Assembly (NCBI RefSeq): GCF_006345805.1
Contig: NC_042998.1
Span: 123,628,001-123,692,000, forward strand
Length of the DNA: 64,000 nt
Direction of reading: 5' to 3'
DNA from: Octopus sinensis
Taxonomy: Eukaryota
The notes under the pieces are model-generated. The model saw nothing but the letters and a program-made list of their open reading frames with translations. It had not been told where the DNA came from and made no database searches. The position numbers and the translations under genes are program-made. Numbering within the stretch: the stretch's first letter is position 1; each line of letters opens with the position of its first letter. Positions 26,725 to 37,567 of the stretch are shown here, piece after piece.

Positions 26725-27155
26725 AAGAGAGGCAAGAAAATACTTGTAGACTAACAGATGTGTTCCCACTGATAAGAATATATCTTTAAAGGAATTCAAG
26801 TAAATATAAGGTCCTGAAAATTTAAATACAAAACATGTGGCATCTTAATGTGAGAACTGTACCTGGTATTGTTGGTACTCTAGGTATGATAAGAAAGGGA
26901 CGTCAGAAACATCTAGATAATATCTAGAACCATGTGTCAGAAAATCCAAAAGGTTGTGCTAACAAGTACTGCCCACATCCTTAGAAAAACCGTACTAGTT
27001 TAAACATATATGTTCTTTTACATGAAGATATTTCGCTACTGCTCCTGCCGTTCCCCCCACAAGCTTTCAGTCATACTGCAAAATCTCTAGCCCACCACTC
27101 GTCCTAGGACAGTGGGTGTGTCCCGGCGAGTGATTGTAACAAACATATAATAATT
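26725..27155 (+). mobile_element. Second, distinct R4/Dong-like 3' end with 3'UTR
   Basis: Remnants VPTDKNISLKEF, MWHLNVRTVPGIVGTLGMI and IQKVVLTSTAHILRK repeat the same endonuclease C-terminus in a different sequence. Confidence 0.75.
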
Positions 27156-29104
27156 GGAAAATCAATGAATGTCTTCCTCAATCAGTGCCTTTGTGATTAT
27201 TCCAGAGCATGTACCAGTGTAATTATCCAACTCAGTAACGTGCCTGGTTAAGAAAACTAAAATAGAATGTCAAATCCTAGGCGGAGAATTAAGTATTAAA
27301 ATACGAAAATAAAGGATTTTTGAAAAGAACTCACACTTAATGAAATACTTACTGGAAATCTAAAGTGAATCTACGCTCCTATCTCTTGAAAGAAAATTAG
27401 CAACTTTAAAACAGTAAATGTTACGCCAGTAATTCATATACAAAAAAAGAAACATTGCCTTGGAATCATTATTAACCATGAGTTTATTTCGGCCTTCGAA
27501 TCTGTATCGCGGATAATGAAACGAAAAGTGCATTTCCGTAAGATGAACCCAAGTCTCGTAAATATTTCAAACCATCCAATCGAAATAAAATCGAAAGAGT
27601 TAATAAAAACGAGAGATGAACAGTTAGAAAGGAATTCTGTATCGATATCAAAAATAAACCACATCAAAACCTTTGCGGTGTTCAGTAAGAATTTGGGGAA
27701 CATTCTTAGTGAAACAATACCAGATAGATATTTAATAATTAGTAAGTGTTAAATGAATATGATGGAGTGATCTTGTAGCCAAAAATCAAATCGCCACTAG
27801 CCAGAAAACACCACTTTTTCCAACGTAATGTACAAGCTTTACATACATTTTTTCAACTAGGTCGTTGCTAAAACAAATTGGAGGTAGATGAAGAAAAAGC
27901 ATTATGAGAGATGGAACTGGAAGTGTGTTGAAAACGACTATGAAATATATTTTACTGATTTCTTTACCTAATAAATACATGCTAATGCATCCAACAGGTG
28001 TACTGGATATGAATAAATTATGAGTGAGGGGAACTAAACAAACAGCCCCGAAGACTATTTGTTTTTCATTAAAAAAAGAAACTCTGTTATCATAACATAA
28101 TGCAGCAGAAAGAGTGAAATCTTTGTTAAATGCACGGAAAACAGGAGAAAATTAATACACCTGCAATTCTTCTATAAATACTAAGTGGAGTATGTTTCTT
28201 CTCGAACATAGATCTTAGAATGATTTGAGTTTATGATGGAACAGAAGAATTCTCTGCTTAGACAATTTAAAGCAGTGACATGCGAAATTCTTCATGCTTT
28301 CAGCATGAAAATGTAGATAAATAGCGATTGACACGCTTACCGAAATGAGGAACAATAAATGCGCACGCAACTGAAATAAACCATATCGAAGAGACACGAT
28401 TATTGGCGTGTATAAATCTTTTCAATACAGGAGAAAAATTCAACATCCAAATTGAATGAAATGAATAAGACAACAGGATATTGTATGAATATAATTCCAT
28501 TATAGTAATACGGTCAGTTTTCGTTCACCCTGATGGCTTTCAAAATCACTGTTTCATGCAACTACAAGTTTCATGAACAATTGTCCAACTGAATTCTACT
28601 TTGCAACATTTCCAGACTTATGATGTAGAGATTGTCTTGTAAATTTAAGAACAATGCAAAATGTAGTCACTTTACTTTTGTGCCTTTCATCTCTCTTGAG
28701 ATGCAATCTGCAAAGAAGAGTAACCTGAGATTAATACATGTGTCTGTACATGTGTGTGTGTCTGTGTGTGTATGTGTATGTGTTTGTGTGCCTGTGTGTG
28801 TATGTGTGTAAATTTCCGTTGATTCATCGAGAAATGATAAAATTACAAACTTCAATGAGAAATTTAGACTTTTCGTTAATACATTAAAACTGAAATTATG
28901 TGAAGCTCACGAGATTATTTTTCTTCAGCATAAACTTGGTCATAAAATTCCTATAATACTTCAAAATATATTGAAATAGCAGATAATTCATTGATATGTG
29001 TGTGTGTGCACGCACGTATGTGCGCGTGTGTATGCGTGCGCATGTGTATGTATGAATGCATACTTATTTGCATATGATATATATATATATATACATATAT
29101 ATAC

Positions 29105-30260
29105 ATTGATAGATGGTTGATTGTTACAGCACGTCAGAGAGTAACCATTGGTTTCGCACATATAAAAGGCTTAACTATGTTGGAGACTGGTCAGACTGAG
29201 ACCCATATAGCTAAGCATTTTATAGGTGTGTAACTAATAGTGACACTCTGAACTACCATAGCAATCAAACTTCCATAAATATATTACTGTTCTCATGTCT
29301 CAGAGTGTGCTCCGTTATCAGATAAATGAATTACGGACTATATGTGTATCTATATATATTTTATATACATTTAGCGGAAACAACAGAATGACACAAGTTC
29401 CGAGAGTTTGGTGCGTTGGCACTAATCAATTTTGTTATAGGTTGAAGGTCTGCATGTTTATATAGCTGATGATAAACAAACATGTTCCGTTTTCTCAATC
29501 AGCTTTTTCAGATATATTTTCTTTGGAGGTATTTTTCCTTGAGTAAGGCAGATGATAATTCTCCATGCTGACATTTGAGTGTGTTGATAAAACTCATTAA
29601 GGCCTTGGAGCGAAGAATAGGTATGTTGGTGCAAACGGGAGAAATAGAACTCAAGATATGAGTGTATATTTTTATTAATATTTAGCAGAATTAACAGAGT
29701 GACTCAAGGTCCGAGAATTAGGTACGTTGGCACGTATCAAACTAGTTACATGTTTATCTTGCTGTTGATAAATATGTTCCATGTTAAGAAATTAAGGTTT
29801 TCTTAAAAATTGTGCCTATATTATGAATATATTATGAAATAATATTATTATTGGGCAGTGTTACCTACACTGCATTATAAATTTTAACAGGTAAACTATC
29901 AGTTTTGCATGCTGCAGTGTAAGGTCAGGATGAAGTCCATTGTCAAATTGGGGTAAGTTAGGTGTAAATAGCCAAACTGTGAAACTCTAACAAATTGGCT
30001 AGACCTTAGCAAACCTTTATAAGCAGAGATAATTTCCAAGTTATTTCTACCAAGTCATTCTTTATCAAAGGACTATCTATAAGGAAGGGTTTCCTATTAT
30101 TGTTTATTCGGTGTATTTGATTTTAAGTGAGTGTAATACTCGAATAAAACGAGGGGAATATTATTCAAATTTGTATTGTATTACGTGTTGGTTTGAGATC
30201 TTCTGATCTACTGTAATCTGAAGTGTTTATTTATTGCTGAATTGTAACACTCAATAGTGT
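29105..30260 (-). mobile_element. Possible decayed PLE 3' region with HHR-like remnant and an internal direct repeat
   Basis: Next to (TA)n; HHR-like motif at 29140-29197 (minus); diverged direct repeat ~29369-29490 vs ~29677-29785. Coding signal is not convincing. Confidence 0.35.
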
Positions 30261-32453
30261 GTCATCATCTGATAAAGTTGAATATATGAGATAATATTCA
30301 AAGACAATAACTGCATTAACAAATAAAACGTACACGCATATCTTCAAAATGGATATAGTTAGCTTTCGTGAAGAAATGAATAAATTGAAACTGGCAACTT
30401 GCACACATTAATATATTTATGTGTGCAAGGAGCAATCATTCCCTAGCGAGTCGAACCATATTTACCTGTTGCTGATGCAATAAACTATGTGATAGGCAAA
30501 TTCCCTTCTACTTATCTTGACGAAAAATGTAGGCACGATATTTTGCTTATATTTACTTTGTACATATTTTCTCATACAACTTTCGCAGCACTTCTTTCAG
30601 AACCTCAATTTCTATGAAAGAGTAAGATATAGCTCACTCTTTCTCATTGTTTCAGTCTCTATGTAGTTCCCTTTTAAATCTTTATACACGTATTCCGCAT
30701 TTTGTCAACATCAAAATTTATAGCGCAGAGATGGTGGGAAGGTTTAAAAAGAATTTTATATTGAATATTTCTCTTATTTTAAATAAGTTAGCTCGGATTG
30801 TACAAACATATGTTCAAAGACTATGTAGCTGTGACCTTCTCATGTAGATTAGAAGATGGTACAGTTTGATTTAAGGGTGGAGTAACTGCTACTTCTAACT
30901 GGACGAGCCACCGCGTAGAGGTGCTTTCGTTGGCTACGTCTATAAAAGCAAAATTTGATATTACTGGCATCTGCACTATATTTATGGTCTTAAAAAGTTT
31001 CATGTAAAACATTTTGCTTTAAGTTAGGTCAGTTTTATATATTATGGTAGTTATTTGAGAAGCTTCAGACAGTGGAAATTGTGTGGCTTCGGGAAATAGT
31101 GGAGTTGTGGCTTTGGGATAAACTATTATTACTCAAATATGAAATTGAAACTTTACAAGACGTTTAAATAACGAGTGTGATATCCTCAACGAAATGTGAT
31201 GAAACAAATTTCTACATGATTTTAATGTTACAGTTTGGTATTTTCCTATTTCTTTATTTTCTTAACTTGCGCTATTATTTCTTTTATATTATTTCATCAT
31301 TTCTCTATCTTACTTACCGTATTCTCCTTAATCTCTTAATAAATAATTATTTCCACATTTACTACTTCTTTTGTCAAATTTTTCAGTTCTATAACACTTC
31401 AACCTGTCTTGCTGATCTTAAAATTTCCGTTTTATTAAGTTTAACCTCATCTCGATTTCTTCTCCATTCGTCTTTATTATACCAGTATTTTATTTCCTGG
31501 TGCTTTACTTCTGCCCCTCCCTATTTCTTAAATTCTAGCTAACTTTTGCCCAGCCCCATAAGATTTTGTTACATTACAAAAATATGTATAAAACATTGAT
31601 TATTCACGCAACTTCAAATATACTGGATCACTGTGGCTATATTTTAATGCTGAGACATGTGATCATCTACACTCTTTTGTTTAATGTTTATCGTCTACAG
31701 TTTCACTCAATTAGATAATTTCAGAGTATTTAGACATAAGAGAGTGATGAAAGAACAAGTCTAGTGTGTGCATTTGAATGTAAAATTAAATGCGGTGTTG
31801 GTAGAGTAATTGTACGTGCCTAAAATGGGAGCGGATTTGAAGCGTAATAAAGTATATTTCATTTAAATTTGCAAGTTCTAAAATCTAAGATAATTGTTTA
31901 AAGTGAAACTTTTATGATTCTTGATTAGAAACTAAACGAAACACTATTGATATGAAGCTGATAATGAATTTAGGGTTTCATTAGTTGGTCATCCTGCTAG
32001 AAACAACAGCTATCTCTGTTTCATATAGCATTCTATATTCTTAAGCAAAGTAAGAAAGGATTAACAATGTGTCGCAATTTATGCTTACAAATACAGGACT
32101 CCAAATCTAATTACCTCTATAGAATGTCTATTTGATTGGGACAAAGGTTTGTGTTAATAAATACAATTTGCAGCAAAATTCCACTAAACTACAATCAGAA
32201 CAATTATTTTCACACACAAAAACAAGCACTTATATCGCATACCATAGCTACAGATATTACACATATTGCTCTGGGGCATATTATAATTAGTCGAAGAACA
32301 GAGACATATGCAAAAGAACACAATAAGCAATAAAGTGTTTCATGAGATTCTCTCAATCAAATTTGGGTAATAAAATATTTGAGTAGATCTAGTTGTAGCA
32401 GCAGGTGCTACAACTATTGTGACGTAGCAACATGAGAGTATGTCTGTGTATAT

Positions 32454-32514
<61 letters not shown>

Positions 32515-32523
<9 letters not shown>

Positions 32524-33112
32524 GTGAATGGAAGGAATGGAGTTGAACGAAGATTGTACAGAATTCCTTTTATTACATTCTACACATGTTTCAAAGGCCA
32601 CAATTTTCCAAATTCTCCACACCCCTTGTTCTCATTAATTCCTCACCTACTAGATTTGACCGCGGCCTGACCTGTAATTATTCCAACGGACCTTTTGTCG
32701 GTCCCCACCAACCCCCCGATTTCAACGTACATTGATAAACAGTTTAACCATGGGCTCTTAAGGAGCGTCCTCGTTCGAATTGCTTTGCTGCGCCTCTGTT
32801 TTGTTTTGTTCTGTCAACGTAATTCCTGCTTTTTCCTGAAGAGAAAGCTGCAATATGGTATCCTTATTTAATCAGAATTTGGAAAATTGTGGCCTTTGAA
32901 ACATGTGTAGAATGTAATAAAAGGAATTCTGTACAATCTTCGTTCAACTCCATTCCTTCCATTCACTAATTATATTAAACTTCAATTATCCGCACCAACG
33001 CACGGTTGCAACACCAAATGGTCTTATCTCCAACCGTGTTTTTTTCTGCTGTGATTTTTGCTACCCAGGTATCGGTTAAACGTTTGAATAATCTGTAACA
33101 AGAAAATTCATC
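32515..33112 (+). mobile_element. Short non-coding PLE-type insertion (inverted partial pLTR, HHR, tail) in (TA)n
   Basis: Perfect ~102-bp inverted repeat 32515-32616 / 32874-32975, ~135-nt tail, (TA)n on both sides, hammerhead core inside. Confidence 0.8.
32821..32928 (+). ncRNA. Type I hammerhead ribozyme with long stem II
   Basis: TTC-CTGAAGA(32836-32842)-stem II GAAAGCTGCAAT/ATTGTGGCCTTT-GAAA(32898-32901)-CatgtG-TA-GAA; distal stem I AATTCCT/AGGAATT. Confidence 0.75.
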
Positions 33113-33374
33113 TATATATATATATATATATATAGTGAGAATTTACAAAAAAAAACAATAGATGAAGAGGGGTGTGTAAACTAAAACATATGTATTAGTT
33201 TTAAACTATTAAACCACAGGTATGCAGAAAAAAAAAGCGGGTTATAATAACCATTGCATGCCTAGAAATAGCTGTGAAACTGCTATAAAGCTACTGGTAT
33301 CTTCGTAAATAATTTTAAATTGTTTACGATATATCTTGCTAAATGTACTTTTACATTCATTCCTCTTTCATATA

Positions 33375-33454
<80 letters not shown>

Positions 33455-33456
<2 letters not shown>

Positions 33457-34090
33457 AGAAACCTAAAAGTGGAACAAGGACTTGACAGACGACAACGAAA
33501 CATCCGGACAGTTAGATGATACAAAAAAGGACAAGAAAAAACAAGGACGGGTCATTCGGATATTCCTATCCTCAGTCACGTTGAAGATCATCGTAGCAGA
33601 TTCGGCCGGTTACACTCGAGACTGCTCCAATCTGGCCGGCCCCAAGAAAATCTAAGCTAAGGGCACTAGATTCCTCGGGTGAAAGCAAGCGAATATATAC
33701 GACAACAACGGAAAAAAACGGAGAAATGGTAATCAATTCCCAATACAAAATACATCACATTAACAACAGTTATCTTTCGACTAAGGACAAATTAAATTCA
33801 GCTGGCGTGTGTGGAAGTGAAGCCTTACAGCAGTGACATAAGAGATGACAGGCATGGGAAGTAATATAGATGTTGCATGGATGGTAGTTGAGCCAAGAAA
33901 GAAAGGTCAGGCTTGGTGAAACACTGAAGGAGAGGAGAGATGTAGGGGCAGTGGGATTGAAGAATTGGGGGACGAGAAAAAGAGGAAAAGAAAGGAAAGA
34001 GACAGAGTGAAGTGAGAAAAAGAAGTGGAAAGAATGAAGAAAGTGTGAAGGGGACTAAAAGAAAGAGTAGGAGAGACGTACAGAATTTAG
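33455..34090 (-). mobile_element. Probable PLE pLTR/3'UTR fragment between microsatellites
   Basis: Bounded by TA-rich repeats; its first ~65 nt recur at ~34162-34230; the minus strand has only degenerate HHR-like words (CTGAGGA..GAAT..GTC; CTGCTGT..GAAA). Confidence 0.5.
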
Positions 34091-34231
34091 ATATATATAT
34101 ATATATATATATATTACATACAGGACACCAAAAGTGTACGTACGCCACTATAAGTATATATAGAAAAGAAAACAAAAAATGGAACAAGAATGTAACAGGC
34201 GGCAACAAAAGATCCGGACAATTAGAAGATA

Positions 34232-34880
34232 TTTTCATGTACGTGGATAGCAGCACCAACTCGTTTGTCTTCAAAGGCACTGTGGAGTGTTCCTTTGCTT
34301 CTTCTTCAGAAGCGAACGTTACTTCCACAGCACCGTATCCACCCCTACTACATAAGTTGTTTTACCCCATATGTACTGTAGCCCTTTTTCAATACTTTCT
34401 TTTGGCATATGTTCTATTATTTTTTGTTTTGAGTGACAGAGTTTTAAAAATTATAGTTTTCCATATTGTCTGTTGCATTATCTCGGTGGGAGGCGTTAGG
34501 TTTATGCTCGTGCCACATCTCTGTAACAAGTTCTCCATGTCCAGGTTTATAGTCTCTTGGTTGATTTCGGTTGCAAAAGCAAAGCCACGTCTTTCATTTC
34601 TTGTAGTTTTCGGTTGTAAATCATTGGTTTGGATGATGGTAGAATTCTAACTACGCGTAGTTTTTTTTTTTTGTATCAACTGGGGTTTTCTTGCCCCCTC
34701 TCTTTCTCCATGATTGAGAGGCGGGAAAGCTTTATCGTACACTTCTGGTAAGTCGGTGTCGTTTTCCATTGAATTCCGTACTAACGTCAGCGGGTTGTTC
34801 ATTGAAGCAAGTTGATCTGGCCATCAGATCTATTGCTTGTAGGTCGCCCCCAATGGGGCAAACCTATTAGTCTCTGAGGA
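34232..34880 (-). mobile_element. Possible LINE (L1/Tx1-like) 5' region and ORF1 remnant
   Basis: Minus-strand MENDTDLPEVYDKAFPPL... and YGAVEVTFASEEEAKEHSTVPLKT (RRM-like EVTF motif). Family assignment is tentative. Confidence 0.4.
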
Positions 34881-34960
34881 AGTTCACCTGCTAAGTGTGG
34901 TTGAAATAAAAGAACAGCAAAGGAAAAAACACAAGAATCACATTCGGTAAATATATATAT

Positions 34961-35160
34961 TTTATCTTTTATTTATTTCAGACATTTGACTGCAGCCATG
35001 GGGGAGCACCACTTTGAAGAGTTTTAGTCGAACAAATCAAGCCCAAGACTATTTTTAAAGCCTGCTTCTTGCCCTATCGGTCTCTTTTTCCGAACCGCTA
35101 CGTTACCGGGACGTAAACATATTAGCACCAGCTGTCAACCGATGGTCAGGGACAAACACA
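34961..35160 (-). mobile_element. SINE family B, 3' part
   Basis: Reverse complement matches ~43005-43180 (GTTTACGTCCC..TAGC.GTTCGG...ATGGC.GCAGTCAAATG). Confidence 0.75.
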
Positions 35161-35392
35161 AAGAAAGCACACACGAGCACGCACGCACGCACACACACAC
35201 CACACACACACACACAAATACACACGCACGCACACATACACACACACTTAAGACTATTTTGGGATTTGAAAATACGCCTGAACTGAAAAACATGTAGTCG
35301 CTTTTAAATAGATTTATTCACATATCAAACTAGTTTCGACAATTTTTTAGCTATCAATGGTACAAATGTATATATATATATATATATATATA

Positions 35393-37555
35393 TTTGTAAA
35401 AAATGAAGTTCGAAAATGCTGCTGTATTATACAATTTTTAATTTTTATATATACATTATAACATGTTTCAGTTCCTGAAATGAACCTTATCAAAAAAAGT
35501 TATATATAAAAAAAGACAGCTCATGCCGTCAAACACAAGAAATTCATTTATAATACACAACTGAGTCAGACATCTTAGAGTTCATGTATAGTTGATATAT
35601 AGTTCATGTATACTTGATATATAGTTTGAAGTATATGTTCAAAGTGTTCGATGCAGTAGCCCACGGTGGCGATACGTAGTCAATACAAAAAACAGATCAA
35701 AGTGGTGGAAAGCGGTCAATACAGAAGATTGATGTTTCCGAAAGAGCGAGGAATTCATTTTTACCTTAAGCAATTGTGATGACCCATGGTGGAAGTTCGC
35801 TGGGTGGTTCTAGTGAGTTTTTGTGAAATGCTCGGTTTTAAAATGCCTGTTAGGTGGTCAATCTAGCGTAGCGTGACGTCATCAATGTTTTGACCAATCG
35901 TTTCGTTAGGTGGCTTTAATCAAGTAGAACGGGACGTCATCATTATTTTGACCAATCGCTGCATTATAACTCCCTCTTGTTTGTTTCCTGTTTTGACCAG
36001 TCGCTTCGTTAGTCAAGTAGAACAGGACGTCATCATTATTTTGACCAATCGCTGCATTATATCTGCCTCTTGTTTGTCTCCTGTTTTGACCAGTCGCTTC
36101 GTTAGTCAAGCAGAGCGGGACGTCATCCAGATTCTGCCCAATCACGACTTATAGCTACATTAGATCTGCCCCCTGTCTGTACTTGTTAGGTGACTATTCA
36201 AGCAGAAAAGGACGTCATCAATATTCTGACTAATGACTGTCCCCTGTTTGTATCCTGCCCATTCTAGCAGAGCTAGACGTCATCAACTTGTTGACCAATC
36301 AGAATCGGGTCTGATTCGTACGTATCGTATGTATCAGGGTCAGATTTGCACGAAAGAATTTTTTTCCCTTTTTTACTAAGGCATATTTCCGTCAGAGTGA
36401 GTGTCTGTTTGAAGCAGCGGCCGTGGTGGAACCCCGCTTCTCTCTTTCGGAGGACTTATCTTTTGTTTTAGTATTCCTGGCCCAGGGTGTTTAAACTTGG
36501 TCTAAATTTTTTTATGAAATATAGTTCTTTGTTTTGGCGTTGTCACTGAATTTATAGAGCGGGTTAGTTGTAAATTTCGGATTTACATTTCCAGCACATC
36601 TATCTATGTGTCCGCTGACCGGTATTTTGCGGTAATCAGGGTTTCTAATTTGTGATTTATGCACCGCCATCCTGTTACGTAAGCTATTTTTTGTATGGCC
36701 TATATACTGCCTATTGCAGCCTGCGCATGTTATGACGTAAATTAAGTTTTCTGATGCGCAGGTGAAGTTTGTTCTAATGGTGAACTGGTGGCCTTGTTCC
36801 AGTATAAATTCTGATCCTTCTTTCAAGATGACACAGATTCCGCAGTTGGGCCTTCCACATTTTCTAACTGCTGGTTTTGTGGTTGATGTTGAGTGCAGTG
36901 TAGCTTGGGTTAAAATCCTTTTCAAGGATTTTGGTTGCCGTTTACTTTTAATGATGGTGTGTGTTTCGAGGATCCGGTTCATCTTTGGGTCTCCCTTAGT
37001 AGGGCTGTGCTTTGTAGTATGGTGTTGAAGGCCTCATTGTTGAGTGGGTTGTGTGTAGAGATGTAGGGAAGGGTTTTTAATTGTTCTTTCTTTTTTGGTT
37101 TTGTTTGTCTCAGGTCTTCTATACTTAATTTAAGTACCCGTTGGATTGCACTGTCTATTAGGGGCTGTGGATAGTTTCTATTTGTGAGTGTGGTTCTAAG
37201 TTCCTGGAGACGTGTGTGTCGGGTGTTTGTGTCTGATATTATGGTGCAAATCCTTCTAGCTAAACAAAAAGGGACATTCATTCTAGTGTGTCGTGGGTGG
37301 CATGAATCAAAGGGTAGGTACTGTTTAGAGTCTGTCGGTTTATAGTAGATATCTGTCTCTATTTTGTTGCCGGTTTTCTTAATGAGGATGTCTAAAAATG
37401 GTAATTCTTTTTCGTTGTGGTCCATCGTGAATTGTATATTGTCATTTATTCCATTTAATAGAATTTTAAATTCCTCAAGTTTCTCTATGCCTTTGTCCCA
37501 GATGATGAAACAGTCATCGAGGTATCTTTTCCAGTTGTTATGGATATAGGTGGCG
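35393..37555 (-). mobile_element. 5'-truncated Neptune-like PLE (RT C-half, GIY-YIG, 3' region) between (TA)n tracts
   Basis: NWKRYLDDCFIIW (catalytic YLDD), FTMDHNEKELPFLD, TDIYYKPTDSKQYLPFDSCHP, KCGRPNCGIC linker, FTCASENLIYVITCAGCNRQYIG, R...H..HIDRC; one frameshift near 36980. Confidence 0.93.
35872..36302. repeat. Array of six GACGTCATC-N8-T(G)xCCAATC modules, including a ~93-bp tandem duplication
   Basis: Modules begin at ~35875, 35933, 36026, 36119, 36211 and 36276. Confidence 0.85.
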
Positions 37556-37567
37556 ATATATATATAT

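Noticed and set aside
27400-28560. Hydrophobic minus-strand ORFs suggesting a membrane-protein pseudogene
   Set aside because: Short, in different frames, no recognisable motif; T-rich DNA yields hydrophobic translations.
35872-36302. CRISPR-like repeat-spacer appearance
   Set aside because: Eukaryotic context, degenerate repeats, duplicated spacers of uneven length, no cas genes; lies within a PLE.
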